The notes: generated by a model from the sequence alone, not told the origin. A stretch of DNA of 64,000 bases from Microbotryum violaceum (GCA_001244265.2 CDLV01000008.1:1674001-1738000), one strand, 5' to 3'. Positions 1-15,704 are shown, counted from the stretch's first letter. Numbers and translations are program-made.

Positions 1-266
1 AACACTTCATGGGCACCCCAATCGGGAAGACATCAAGCGCGAGGCTTGCTACCATGTACGATGATGTTACAGCTTCTATCTCCGGTCAGAGACAGTTATA
101 TCGCTCGGAGGCCACTGCCGCCGGAGCCAGGCAGATGGCAGACGGGACGAGGGACGATGGCAGAATGGTCAGTTCGATTTCATGCACGCAGTGACTCCGG
201 TTGTATTGATGCTGATACTGTCACCTTCACCTTCGGCCCTCGCGAAACCGTCCTTCACCCCATAAG

Positions 267-1686
267 GTGTGGGGCATAGTTGGCTATCCAAGCGACGCCT
301 TACGTATGGAAATGAATGGTGCGGGATATCCGCGGAGTGGCTATGGAGACGCGTCAACGATGGCGCCACCTCGTCACGGTCGCGCTGGGGCAGAAAGGAG
401 GGTTGCGAGGGATATCGTACCCCTACCGTCATCGCGTAATATCCCCCGTCTTCATCCGTCAATACCGCTGCCCCCGAATTACGCTCGTGCTCGTTATCAC
501 GATCTTCCATCTCGCCCAGCAGGCCCAAGTGCCGAGCCCAGGGCGCGGAAGCGCGAGTCTCCTCTAGGCTGGCGATGGGAAGAATGTCGAGCTCAACGCC
601 CGCCTCTGCATCTTTCACCTCCATCCCGAATACGACGAGAATCTCGTTCACCGCCGCTGCAATCATACGAGCTGGTATCGCGACCCTTTAGATACGATCG
701 CCCGCCGTTGCGTCGATTTTACGCATCGGACGACCGAATCACTTCCAGCTCAAGCTCGTACTATCCCCAATCGTACGCGCCACAACATTCGTCTCCTCCG
801 CGCCGGAGAAGGTCCCTATCTCCCGATGCTTTTCCAGCCATAAGACGGCCTCCACGGCTCTCCGCAACGTCGAAGAAGCCTTCTCCTGCTGGGCCAATAG
901 GTAACCGCTTGTCTCAAATCTCACGTCCCGGTACTGGGTGCGACACCGCTGTCTCAACCGGCTAGGGCACAATTCGATCAATCGGATCTTCCTATTAAGA
1001 GCAAAGCCCAACAGGAATTGAGTATACCCGTTGAGAAAAGACGCTCCGAACCGCCGACCGACCCTTTGTCGACCACGGTGACGGTGACGATGGCGCTGAA
1101 AACCAAGACCAAGGCGAAATGGATTCCGAGAACGAAGGCGAACGTTTTGCTAGGATTGTGCGAACCCAAGCCGGTGAAGGAACCGGTCATACTCGATCCG
1201 AACGATCAACGACCACCGAGGCTTTCTTGGGGAACAGGTCTCAGCCAAGTCGCTCGCAAGCGGCGACGAGCGAGGGAAGCTGTGCAAGTGGCACGTGCGA
1301 AGAGATTGGAGGCGCGAGGGGTCACGGGCAAGGAGAAGGTGGACAAGAACCGAAGTCGTCGTTCGATGAGCCCTTCGTTACCGGTTCATGTGAAGCAGCA
1401 CGATTCTGGTGATGAAGGGGTCGCCGCAGAACTTGTGCTGCAGCCTGCCTTGGATCCACTGGAGGAGGGAATGCAGGAGAACGTTTCGGCGACCTGCGGC
1501 GACAGTCCTGACCCGCCCGTCTACTCGCCGTCGTCACCATCGTCGCCGTCGTCATCATCGTCGCCGTCGTCACCATCGATCCATCTCAACATGAAGGATC
1601 GGCTCGTACCTTCTGACCGCGACTACTTCCGCACCTACTTTGCCGAGCTCGCACGTCGAAAAGTGACCGTGCGAGCGATCCTCTGA
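267..1686 (+). CDS. Hypothetical low-complexity Arg/Ser/Pro-rich protein; one spliced gene or two ORFs (267-965, 1018-1686)
   Basis: Two long same-strand ORFs with RS/SP-rich composition; no recognisable domain; structure unresolved. Confidence 0.35.
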
Positions 1687-2233
1687 ATCTCGTCGCCTCG
1701 GTCCGCTCAATCTGCACATCGAATACATTCAACGGTCTGGCTTGGCTCTCGTTACTCGTCCTGTAGGACTTGTAGTATCTACTCAGTCGTATTTGTAATC
1801 CTATCCGTTATCTTTGCAATTTTAGGCCCTTGACTGCGCAGCAATTCATCCTCCCATCGACGCGCGATAAGAAGATATGTGAAGACTTCCTTGTTGGTCT
1901 TCATTTCAAGTCGGCACAAATACATGCAGTGAATCAACACAGCAGAAGATTGGAAAATAAGAGGCGCGAGAAGCTGAGAGGGGATTGTAGAGGAGGAGTT
2001 GAGGTGGGCAGAGATGAGGGGGGGGACTATTCTATGCGGGTCGGTTGTAGGACGGTCGTTGACTCTTTCGAGGCATTTTAAGAGGGCTAATGGGAGCTTT
2101 GGGAGAGAATAGGGTAAGGGCGGGTGAAATAATGCGAGTGCAACAAAACAGGGGACATATCAAACGGGGTGGGAAGGCGCGAGAGGAGGGAGGGGTTCGG
2201 TGGATCGTGAGGGAACGTCGGGGGTCCGTGTGA

Positions 2234-4725
<2,492 letters not shown>

Positions 4726-5187
4726 GATGGGTCGTGCGAGATGGGGAAGTTGTGGTTGCGATCAAAGGGCAAGAGCGCCCCGGTGCGACTCTGCCGAGCA
4801 ACGCCCCGCGCCGTCGGCCAGCTTGCGAATCCCGCTGTGGCGCGCGGGCCTGCTGGGGGAATCATGGAGATCGAACTGGCAATGCCGCCGCAGGCTGCAG
4901 TGAAGACTGCACGGAGAAGAGACACGACAATCATTCTCAGACCCAGTGTTTCCCCAGCATCGCATGGCTACTTCCGCTAATTTTCCGACCAGTAGTACGC
5001 CACCTTGCTGCCCGACTGTTTTTTCCCGTCAATGGGGCAGGCCTGTAGTGAGCCGGGACCGGACCGGACGGCTCACGCGATGCGGACTGACTGCGCAAGC
5101 TCTCCCACAGCCCTGGTGTACTCAGCCGGCACAAGTTCAATTTCCTACAATGGTCATTACGACGCTTTAAGATGCAACTCAGACTGT

Positions 5188-8100
5188 TCATGCCTTCACC
5201 ATCTCGACCTTGGTTAGCAAGCCCCTCCCAAGTCGTTCAATCTGCCTCAGCATGTTCGCCTTGTCCAACTCGACCTTGGGCTTGGATGTATCGGACCCAT
5301 CCTTGATCACGAGAGGTTTGAGAGGTACGCCGAGGCCGACTTTGAAACTTTTGGGTGCGACGATGGAAGGGTTCCAGATCCCTCCGATTGTTGGTTCGGA
5401 AGGGGAGTGAAATAGCTTCAAGATGCCAGGGAAATGAAGCTGGGAAAACATCGTATTCGTCAGGACCAAAATGTTCTGACGGGTTGTCCTGTCACGCGAC
5501 TCACCTCGAGTTCCCTAACGAAGTCAGTAACAGGGTCAAAACCAAGTCGGATCGTCGAATCATCTTCATCCTCATCATGCACATGACTCATGACTGATCC
5601 CGCGAGGATCGAGCCCTTTGCCTTAGACCACGACAAGGCCTTGACCTCAGGTGCGATCGATTGGAAATGCCGCGGGTTGACTGACGAGTCGATGTGGAGT
5701 AAGAAATCGTAGTCTTGCAAGGGCGGGAGGAAAAGCGTCTGCGGATAAGAGCGGGTGCTGAGGGTCAGCATTCGATTCCTATGCTCGCATCGCCGCGTCC
5801 GTCTCACTAACCTCGACGACGAGCACATCGTTCAGCACACCCTCGTGCATCGTCTGCAGCGTCGCCTTGGCCAGACCCTTGACTCTGGCCGCAATAAGTT
5901 TACCCATACCCTGACCCCAGACCTTGCCCGTCAGATCCTCCTCCGTCGCGATAACCCACGCATGCTCATCCCTGCCTAGATCGACGACTCGGTTCGCTTC
6001 AAAAAGCGCTTTGACTTTGACGGCTTCGGCGGGAGGGAAGTACGGTCTTCGTTGCGACGTCGTTGCAAGTTGAAAAGTGTATAAAGGGACGCAGAGGGGC
6101 TCGTCTTTCCATTTCCATTCCGAAAGGAGGGTCATGACCCTTGCAAAACCCGCGGACGAGCTTTGCGGGGCTTCAAAGGGGGACGCAGCATCGATGAAGA
6201 CGCTCGCAGAGAGCAACTCGAATAGCTCGGGTGCGATGTAATGCGACAAGAGGTGGGTCGAGCACCATCGCTTGACGAGACGGACCGTCGGTGAGTAGGA
6301 AGGGAAATGGTGCTGTAGTGTCGAGATGGCGGCGTGGTGTCGTGGCGAATGGACGAACCGATCCTCGTACGCGAGGAGTAAGGGTTCCTTGATCGACAAA
6401 TCACCCACCTTGGCTTGACGTTCCTTCAAGAGCAGCAACGATCGATCGTAGTGTATCCGAGCTCTGAAAGCATGTCCGGCGGCGGTGAGGATCTCAAGCG
6501 AAACGTTGTCGTCCATGGGTCGAGCACCAGTATCGAATACGACGTTCGTCATGAGCACCGCACGCGTTTGTTCGAGTTGTTCGCCGATCTTGGTCAAGAA
6601 CGCAGCTTTGATCTTTTGGATCCCTTCGAGGTCATCGGGCCATCGACCAGAGCTCTCGAGAGTCAGGTGGATATCGTGAAGTTCGATGTAGCGCGTCGAG
6701 GCTGGGGTTTGCTCAAAGTCCTTGAGTCGTCGTGAGGAAGGGACAAAGACCGACGAGTAGCGTAAGCCCGGCGAGGACGGCTGCACCGATGCGATTCCGA
6801 GCGGTAGCTCGGGCAACTCTTTGAGTTCCTTGGACAAGTCATCGAATGCGCCAATCAAACTGGAGAAGCCTTTTCCCGTCGCGACCGCGTCTTCGAGGTA
6901 GAGTGCCCTGCGCAACGCCTCTGACTCAACCATCAGATGGTCCATCCGCCCCGCGAAAACTTTGGCTTCCAGGCCATGCCGGTGTCTCACGATGTATTCG
7001 ATGATGCGACCGACGACCTTGTTGCGTTGAGAGCCCAGACCTTGCTTGCTCGGTTCGTCCCATACGACGGACTCGACGATCGCACCGTCCTTGAAGCGGC
7101 GCAATTCGGCTTTGGGGCCCCAGAAGGCCGCGAATTCTGCACAGCCGGCCTCGTCTTCTGCCGATGGCCCTTGGCCGACGAGACGAACCGACTCAGTAGC
7201 ATCGAGGAGGATACCCAAGTCAAGAGAAACGGTCTTGGGGGAGCTTATCGCTCCCTTGACGGGTAGCGTACTCGGTGCTGTCCGCATCAGCTGGAACGCC
7301 TTAGCCCTGTTCCCCAGCGCTCGCGAAAGCGTGGCCGAGATCGACGTGACCAAATATGACAGGCCATCTACGTGATCGAGGGAACCCGCATCGTCGGGCT
7401 TAGCCAGCCTCGACGATGGAACGACGATCCGAGCCAAGTTGTCGAAGCGCGCCACAGGCCGTATCGGTCTAATGAAGGCCGTGTCGAACTTTTTCTCGTC
7501 CTCGCCGGGGGCCAGCAAGAACGATATTGTCGTTTTGGCGTCTTGCTTGAGCTGATCGATCAAAAGAGATGCATTATCAGCAGACGGAATCGTAGCACAT
7601 AGATCGGCCTCCGCGCTGGAGACTCACCATCTCGAGCATCGACAACTCAATCCCAGCAGCAAGGTTCACTGTCCCCGTCGGGTCGATGAACAAAGCCCTC
7701 CCTTTGAAAGCATTCCTCCATTGCTCCTTATCGTACGATGCATCACCTTCAGCCCTGAACCAAATCCCATCAAGCCAGTTGGTACCGGCGAGCCATTCCA
7801 TGACTTTGCGCCACATCGCCCAGGCGTCGCCGCCTGTCGACAGGGTCGAAGGGTCGGTCGCTCGTCTTGTGCTTCCCCAACCGAGCGTTCGAGCGACACA
7901 CCATGCCCAGAACTCAGAGGTGAATCCGAGCGAAGTGCCGTAAGATCTTTTCTGCGCCCATGCCTGGAGGAGCCGGACAGCGGAGGGGTACGACGAGTGA
8001 GAGCTCGCCAGCGCGTGGTGGTACTTAAGATGGGCGGTCAAGACGGATAGGGAGGAGAGGTGGAGAGCTGTCGTGTGCAGGGGTGTGGCGGGGAAGGGGA

Positions 8101-9427
8101 TGGTCGAACTCGATGATTCGGGTGCATCCGCAGTGGCGGGTCGAACGACGTTGCTGGCCGGCGAGAGCTTCGAGTGCGCGATGGCCTCGCCCGGCCAGAC
8201 GATTCGGATGCGCAGCACTGCGCCTGGAACAATCGACAAGCCACTCCTCTCCGTCCCCTTGACGTGAGCGGACCTAAGTTCGAGCGCGTAGCCCTGTGCA
8301 CCGCCCAGCGGAACGTAGGAACAACTAATCGGCCCAAGAGACTCGGGAAGAGAGCTCGCGAGCACGACGAGGTAATGGCTTGACTTGATGACGAAACGTG
8401 GCGAGAGATAGTCGCGAGGTTCCATCGAAGCCTGCGACAAAAACCGCTTTGTCAGCTCGGCGGAGACGGCAAAAGAATGTTTATTACTCACCTCGGGCAT
8501 CCCCACAGCCATCTCGACGACATACTCGCCATCGACCTTGGATGCTCCACCCCAGGCCCAGCTCCCCACGATGCGCACATCCTCAGCTCTCGGTGGTGCC
8601 CAGGCAAAATCGATTTTGCCCCACTTGCCGTCCACGCCTTCGACAGGTGGTATATTCCACCCTCGTCGCTTGAGACTCTCGAGACTGGCAGGTTTCTTGG
8701 ACGTCAGGGCGACAAAGTGCGAATGGAGTGACTTGAGCAGTGGCTGCAAGGGCGAACTCGGAGCGGCAGGTGGGGTGAGAGTTGCGAGGACTGAACTGAC
8801 TTGGGTCGAGATGAGGTTCGAGATGGGTGATGCGGTCAATTCGGCAAAAGCCAGAGCGCGCAGTTCGGATGCGGTGAGAGCTTTCGGGCCTTTGGAGTTG
8901 CGAGCTTTCCGAGTCGTTGCTGGAGCCGAAGTAGTTGCCAAGGAGGTCGGGACCGTGCTCCATCCTTCGCCGTCCTCGTCGCCGTCGTCCTCATCGTCAT
9001 CAGGATCGTCTTCAGAATCATCATCAAGCGGCGCCTTGTCGAGATCGGCATATAGATCCTGAGCATCATCATTCATCATGTTGTCGTCGTCGTCTTTATC
9101 CTCGTCGTCTTCCTCGTCTTCGTCCTCCTCATCTTCATTATCGGGTTGTGTAGCGCGGCGACGGTTGGCGAGTTGTTGTTCTAGTTCAAACTCGTTCACT
9201 TCATCGTCTTGTTCATCATAGTTTTCCGAGTCAATGTCCTGGCTGTCGTCCTCGTCTTCAACGTCGTCCTGATCGTCGTCGGAGCCAGAAACGTCGCTCG
9301 AGACTGAAGGCCGAGGGGAAATCTCCCTCGATGCGACCTCGATGTTAGTCTTGACTTTCTTGTTCCCAAGAGCTGCCGTCGATTTATCGGCTGCTCGATG
9401 TGTGGTTTTGGCTTTCCGTTTAGCCAT
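5188..9427 (-). CDS. UTP22: U3 snoRNA-associated protein 22 (Nrap/NOL6), multi-exon
   Basis: Basic/acidic N-terminus MAKRKAK; FWGPKAELRRFKDGAIVESVVW, LESSGRWPDDLEGIQKIKAAF, IRLGFDPV, QIERLGRGL are Nrap-family segments. Confidence 0.9.
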
Positions 9428-9569
9428 GGCGATCGTGAACGCTGGGTGGTGAAGTGCGATATGCCAGAGCCCCGTGCTGATCGAAGCCGGGCGTGTCTGT
9501 CGGTTGCGAAGGGCGCGATCGCGCTGCGGAGCAGTTGCGGAGCGACGCCGGAGGACGCCGGGCCAGTGC

Positions 9570-12434
9570 AGGACCCCCGAAAGCCCGGCCTGAGGCGCGT
9601 AGCGCCCGACTGGACAAATTTTGGGCCTCAGATGGGCCAAAATCGCCAAGGCGCGTAGTCGGGGGTGGACAAATCAGGGTGCGCCGGTGCGGGTGGGGTC
9701 TAGGCCCGTAGGTGCCAGTGGACAAATCTCGGCCGATTTCAGCCACATTCGGCTTGGTACGCCAGAGTTTGCCGACCCTCAAGGACGTGCGCAAGCGCGC
9801 GCGAAACACTCTGGCCTGTACCGAATTCACAACAAGGGCTCTAATGGTTCAATTTTGCAATTACAAGCTTCTTGTCTGGTTGAACGAGGCGTCTCGTCTG
9901 AGTGCGCCGTCTTTTGCCTCCCCCGCCCCGTCGCGTCGTCTGTGCCATCATCGTCATCAACATCCTAGGTTAGGCTCTCGCTTCAGCCAACTTCGACGAG
10001 ATGTATCTAGACAATTTGGATATCGAGCTCCTTGACGATGATTTCGAGCGAATGGCACCCTTCTTGAACGTGAGGGTGTCTTGAGCTTCTCGCCTTCCGC
10101 TTCGACAACCCATTGCAGACACCCAGATAACCCAGATACAGCTTTCATGGTCGACAGACGAGCCTCTCGAGTTTGATACTCTTCCTAGGCCGCTCGATGC
10201 TTGGACGGACATATTCAAGGATCGTGGAGCAATTACTGCGGCGCGTAAGCAAGGTTACCGGTCAATTGCTATCGCTGGGCACCGGCTGCCTTTCGGTGTC
10301 GAAAGGATTTGGCGGCATATAGATTACGCTGAGCGCATGCGTTCGATCGTTATCAGTAGCCAAAAGTGGATGGAAATTTATCTGGGTGTCGACATCGAAA
10401 GTCAGCCTCTCATCGTTAAGGCTCTGGAGGGGCTGCCACCACTGCTCATTGAGGAGCACTATACCCCTCAATGATCCTCGGGTGTAGTGCGTTCTTGCAC
10501 ACGCGGCTCGATTTCGTTGGTAAGCGGCCAAGTTGTTCGTCTGTTCGATGGCGTGGTTGATTGGGACTCTTTTTCGTGCTTTTCCTATGGACAACGTGGC
10601 TTGGAGAAAGGTCTCGTCGTGCTGGACCCGAAAGAGCGGAAGTCAGTTGAAACGCTGTTCGCTCCTTAGCTGCTCTTGGCCTTGACAATGATGCTGCACT
10701 GTAAGTTGAGTGCTTGAGACCTGTACCAGCCTCCTCCGAGCTGATGATACGTCACTTCCAATTCTAGGCTTGCCATTCAGCAGGCCTATGACGAGGCCGA
10801 TGCTCAAGCAGAGGAACGCTTTCTACTCGACGCCATTGAGATAGCAAATGAAAGCTTGCCAGGTCGTGTAGGTTCATTTAAGTAGCAACTGTCTCCTTGC
10901 AGAACCACTAAACAGAACCAGCACTCCTTCACAGGCTCAAATTCTTTGGCTCCCATCCCTTCTGCGTCACGACACTCGTCAGCTTGCGCTTGATCTGAAA
11001 AGCTTGATCGAGCACCGTCGGGCCCATCAATGTGCCCACCTTAAAGCTGTCCTACTCAAGGGAAGGCACGGCGCCCCCACCTCGACTGCCCAAGATTTCG
11101 ATCCCACATTAAAAGCAAAATTGTCCGAGCACGGTGAAGTGCACTACAGTGTCCTCCGAGGCTTAGTGCAATCAATGGGTGCAGCCCGTCTCGAAGCCGT
11201 TTCAGGAGTTGCGAGGTCCATTCGTTGGACAGAACAAGGGACCTTCAGTCGCTTTTCGACCGCAAACGAGACAGACAACATAGGATACATCGAAGAGGGA
11301 CGTAAAGAAGTGAGCTACAATTGTGTGCTGTGCACATATGGCCCAGAGAGTGCTCATCAATAATGTTCATTCTTGCCTAGGTACGGATGCAATTGCGAGC
11401 AAGGCAATACATGGTATTCGCCAAGATCCCAACGTTTGGGTCGATTGAAGGAAACGTCACGTCAGCCATGGCTTTGAAAATCGGCTCTTGTCTGCTTCGG
11501 ATTGAAACGAGGCATCATACCTGGCCGTTGTGACGCCAGCAACGTAGGAGAAGAACAATTGTCCATTGGACTTGGTTCGTGCATCTCACTGTAGCTAGCT
11601 TACTGCTTTGCAGAGTGACTGGCATCGATTTTACCTCTCGTAGTACGTTACATGTATGCCAAGACCACGTCAAATCATTGCGACAGAGCGGAGACCGACT
11701 CCCTCCCATTACTCTCGAATGTCGTCCTCCAAGAATGGCGAGTTGTGAGCAAGGGCCGTTATTCAACGCATATGATTGACGGCACGACTCGCTTCTTTGG
11801 ACTCGATGCTCGACAAATTATTCAATCCTTGGAATCATCCTCAACGCCCGCCCTCACTCTCGCACCCCAGGATTCAGTCGTATACCTAGGGGAGCGTGTC
11901 TTCGACTTAAGCCAGCAGGCTGAGGCAAGGTTCTGTTTTCTTCGACGCTGCAACGGATTACGGAACGCTTCTGTGCCCTTGAATAATCAAATGAAGGGTG
12001 TGAAAGATGTAGGGTCAAAAAGGAAGGCAGCAAGTGCAGGTGAGGAGCCCTCGGCCAAGCAGAACCGAACCGGCTGACACGCGCGCGGGCTCCGCCGATT
12101 CGGCCCGAGCGAAAAACGTCCGGACGGCGTTTTCGCGATTTTGGAAATGTTTTAGAGCAATTGAAGCAATTCTAGAGCTATTTTTTAAGGTGCGTAGATG
12201 GACTGGACATTTTGGGGACTTTTTTGGGCGAAAATACCAAAAAATGGTGGACAAATGAGGTCCAAAATCAGCGATTTTCCCGGATTTTACCTACGCGCCT
12301 CAGGGCACGGCAGCTTGTAGAGAGAGTGGGGCCGAGGCCGACACTGGCGCGACCAGCTCTGAGGATCTGAGGCGAGCTTAGGCGCGACTGAGCACGCGGC
12401 CCGGCACTGGCAGGCAGGACCCATGAAAGCCCAG
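9570..12434. mobile_element. TIR DNA transposon (AGGACCCCCGAAAGC family), defective, right end rearranged
   Basis: Left TIR AGGACCCCCGAAAGCCCGGCCTGAGGCGCGTAG at 9570-9602; inner part of right TIR CTACGCGCCTCAGG at 12291-12304; outer part plus target site inverted at 12404-12434; TGGACA subterminal motifs at both ends; same TIR as 27048-28175. Confidence 0.7.
9970..12077 (+). pseudogene. Interrupted, intron-containing coding remnant inside the TIR element (possible deleted transposase gene)
   Basis: Coding-like + strand segments with GT-AG introns and in-frame stops (AARKQGYRSIAIAGHRLPFGVERIW; IQQAYDEADA; LIEHRRAHQC..RSIRWT; MYAKTT..LSNVVLQEW), ending in an NLS-like KRKA..KQNR tail; no DDE core visible. 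Confidence 0.45.
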
Positions 12435-12481
12435 CCGATCGTCAATTACAGCCCAGCACACAGCACACGCGTCATCCCATC

Positions 12482-14121
12482 ATGGCCGCCGCCACACCTC
12501 GTCACTCCTCGACCTCCTCAGCCAAATCCAAAGCAGCACCCGTCAAGACTAAGACGACACCGACCCGCAACGCCTCGGTTAGAGCCAAGGCCGTACCGAA
12601 GAAAGCCAGTGCCATGGGCAAGGGCAAGGGCCGGGAACGGCTCGACTCTCGAGAGCTCGATGAGGAGCGCAGTGAAGACGACGAAGATGATGATGATGGG
12701 TCTGATGTTGCTGGGGACGACTCGGAGCAATCGCCACTTGGCGCTGCAGGCGACTCGGAGCAATCGCCACTTGGCGCTGCAGGCGACTCGGATCGAGGGG
12801 ACTGCGATGACGATGACGAGGGCGAGGACGAAGAGTCCGAGGATGATGCCGCGAACGGCAAGAAGCGACGCAAGAGTGGGGGTGGATCAGCTAGCAAAAA
12901 GAACAAAAAGAATGGGAAGGGTGGCGATGATCTCAACTTGCGTGTCATCAAGAAGCAAAAATACATTCCAGGACCAACGGAGAATCGTGAGTTGTCGCCA
13001 GGGCGCCACCCCTCTCCCACTCGACCTCAATTTGACATTACACCACCCCCGCGCGACATGCCCGGACTGACATTCCTACCTTTCTCGCTCGTCGCATAGC
13101 CGAGACGCACATCGTCTTGCCCTCAACGATGGATTTCCTCACTCGACTCAAAGAGAACAACGATCGGGATTGGTTCAAGGCAAGAGGTGCGCTCTTTCGC
13201 ATCGGCTCACACTCCACACATCGGGGCCGATAATTGAGTTTTCAGTACTGGTGCCCTGGCAGATGCGCAATACAGACATGCACTCAAAAATGTAGGTCAT
13301 CTCTAGAGTCATTCTCCATAATTTCATTGCCTCACTCTGGGCACATGCTGCCACAGATCCAATCCCTATGCCAAGCCTGGGTCCCGCGAGCAGCGCAAGC
13401 AGACTGGTCCTTGCCCGAAATGCCCGTCAAGGATCTCATGCAACGCATCCATCGCGATGTCCGCTTCAGCAAGAGCAAGATTCCCTACCGCACCTGCCTC
13501 GCCTTCAGCCACAGTCGCATGGGTCGCAAAGGACCGTTCGCGATCTACTACCTCCAGATCAGCCCACATGATCAATCCCTACTCGCAGGTGGGCTGTGGG
13601 CCCCCGATGGCGATCAAGTCAAGATGGTCCGCAACGGCGTACTGCGCGACGCGGCGCCTTTGCGGAAGATCCTCAACGATCCCAAGTTCATCAAGTACTT
13701 TGGAAAACCCGATCACAAGTCCGGCAAGCGGACGAGCATCTACGGTCATGAGGACCAGCTGAAGAACTGCCCCAAGATGGAGGGCGTGACCAAAGATCAT
13801 CCCGAGATTGATTTGCTCAAGTTGAGGTCCAATGCGGTGACGCATTATTTTACGGACGATGAGGTACTAAGTGAGGGCTTCTTGGACAAGGTCATTGATA
13901 TCATGGAGGTGATGGCGCCTTTCGTTCAGTTGCTCAATGATGTGAGTGCAGTGAATTTTCCTCTTGCGCTTTTGTGAGTGCCGATGTGTGCATTCCCTGA
14001 TTGTCCTTCATCACAGTGGCTTGTCCCCCCTCCCTCGGACGACGAAGATCAAGATCAAGGCAACAACGAAGACGAGCAAGAGGAGGAAGAAGAGGAAAAA
14101 GCAGGCGAGGACGAAGAATGA
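12482..14121 (+). CDS. DUF2461 (TIGR02453-like) protein with basic/acidic N-terminal extension, multi-exon
   Basis: MDFLTRLKENNDRDWFKA, RIHRDVRFSKSKIPY, GGLWAP, HPEIDLLKLRS, MAPFVQLLND motifs. Confidence 0.85.
12718..12790 (+). repeat. 33-bp in-frame tandem duplication (DSEQSPLGAAG x2)
   Basis: GACTCGGAGCAATCGCCACTTGGCGCTGCAGGC occurs twice in tandem. Confidence 0.9.
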
Positions 14122-14725
14122 GCGCAGAGAACCACTTTCTCTCAACTCGTCGGCACTCCTTGCCGGCAGCTCTCTTTTGGAATTTCTAGAGCGATTCTCG
14201 ATAGAAGTAATCTAGTATATGATGATCTTAAAGTAATGAAGATGTTGTGCAGCTTGATGACCTCGTTCTCATGATGTCGCCGCTGTCGAGCGCGACTGCC
14301 CAAGCCGACTTACGCCAGGCGCGCCCGCGGAGAGCGCTAACAAACTCGTCGATAGGGCCAACCACAAGCCAGGGCCCGATCCGCCTGAAGTCCATACGTA
14401 GCATCTTCAACTACGACTCGTCGAATCTCGTACGCTGCCCACTTTTGTGCCAACGACGCCCGATCTCACTCAGCACGGTCGACTTGTTCCCGACCGCGGT
14501 CGCAAGCATCAAATCGTTCGAGCTTGAAGCCTCGGTGGGTGCCTGTCCCCTTTTATCTCAGCACGGCAGCATCACGACACTGTATTTCTGAAGGTTGAAT
14601 TCGAGTGCACTCCACAATCACAGCAATCGGGATGCCAATTCGATTCTCGGAAACGACTCGTGGTTGGATCGCCGTGAGTCCCTGGGTTTCGTACGGCCTG
14701 GGACAGCGGCAGTGTCTCGGCGAAA

Positions 14726-15271
14726 TTGGATGATACGGATACTATCTTGTCTTTATGCCTCAAACAGTGGTTGGTGGACAGACGGATGAAGGCCGCAACG
14801 ACTTGCCTCAAGAAGGAGTACGTTGAGCTGCGGGAAGCGAACTGGAGGGCGGATAGGGAGTTTCTCAAGGCGCTGGAAGACCGATCCAAGGCAAGTACCG
14901 CGGTATATTCTCGACCCGGGCCAATCTATATCAAGAGTCAGAACTGTTGTCGAGTGAGGTCGTGCAATCAGACTGCGGGCGCTGGTCCTCGGGATTGGTC
15001 GAACCCGGCCCCGAGCTCTGGTGGTTCATCAGTCTGGGCAAGTTGCCCTCCCGGCTTCTCGTGCGGTTGTCGTGTCTTGCCCCCATTTTCATGCCGAGCA
15101 TCCTCTGTCAAACGTTACCTCTGTCCCAAAATCTTGAGCTCGGCCGCGCCACAACCAAAACTTCACTCTGACGAGCTGCACTTGGCAGTCGCCCGAGGCG
15201 ACCACGTGACCGACAGAAAGGCCAGGTGGTGGTGGGGGAGGGCGCTGGATGCCGGCGCGATTCAGATGTAA
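14726..15271 (+). CDS. Possible hypothetical protein or gene remnant
   Basis: 181-aa ORF with a helical-looking N-terminal half and a possible GC-type donor (AG/GCAAGT) near 14891; no domain recognised. Confidence 0.2.
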   Translation: MDDTDTILSLCLKQWLVDRRMKAATTCLKKEYVELREANWRADREFLKALEDRSKASTAVYSRPGPIYIKSQNCCRVRSCNQTAGAGPRDWSNPAPSSGGSSVWASCPPGFSCGCRVLPPFSCRASSVKRYLCPKILSSAAPQPKLHSDELHLAVARGDHVTDRKARWWWGRALDAGAIQM

Positions 15272-15704
15272 CGACATCGTGTTGTGGTCACAGGCTCTCT
15301 GTTCTTTGTAAGATCAACGAATGAGATGTCGGGGTAAGTTTATATATGCGACGAACTCCTTAGCAAGCTGCTGGCGTGCAGCGCCGAGTGACTCCCTCTT
15401 GCGATCGAGCAGCCGCTCTTTTGCGATCTCGGAGTCCTGCCTCCCCCCATGTTCTTTCTCGGCTTCTGCCCCTTCACTGCACTGGCATCTTGAACTTCAT
15501 CGCCTCATCGCCGACATTCCTCGCAAGCCTGCCGACCACTGACAAGCAACATCAGATATCGACCTGTTGAATTTGTGAGTGGCGACACCACACTCTTGCT
15601 ATCCTCTCTACTCTATGCGCCGTTGGTCAGTTTGGAACGGCGAACGACACGCGTCGTCCCGGCGCCGGAGTGGAGTGGTTAGCATCCAGCATAGCATCGT
15701 GATT

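Noticed and set aside
7577-9649. ORF-track start at 9649 for UTP22
   Set aside because: Extends into the transposon TIR; the ATG at 9427 (MAKRKAK) is more plausible
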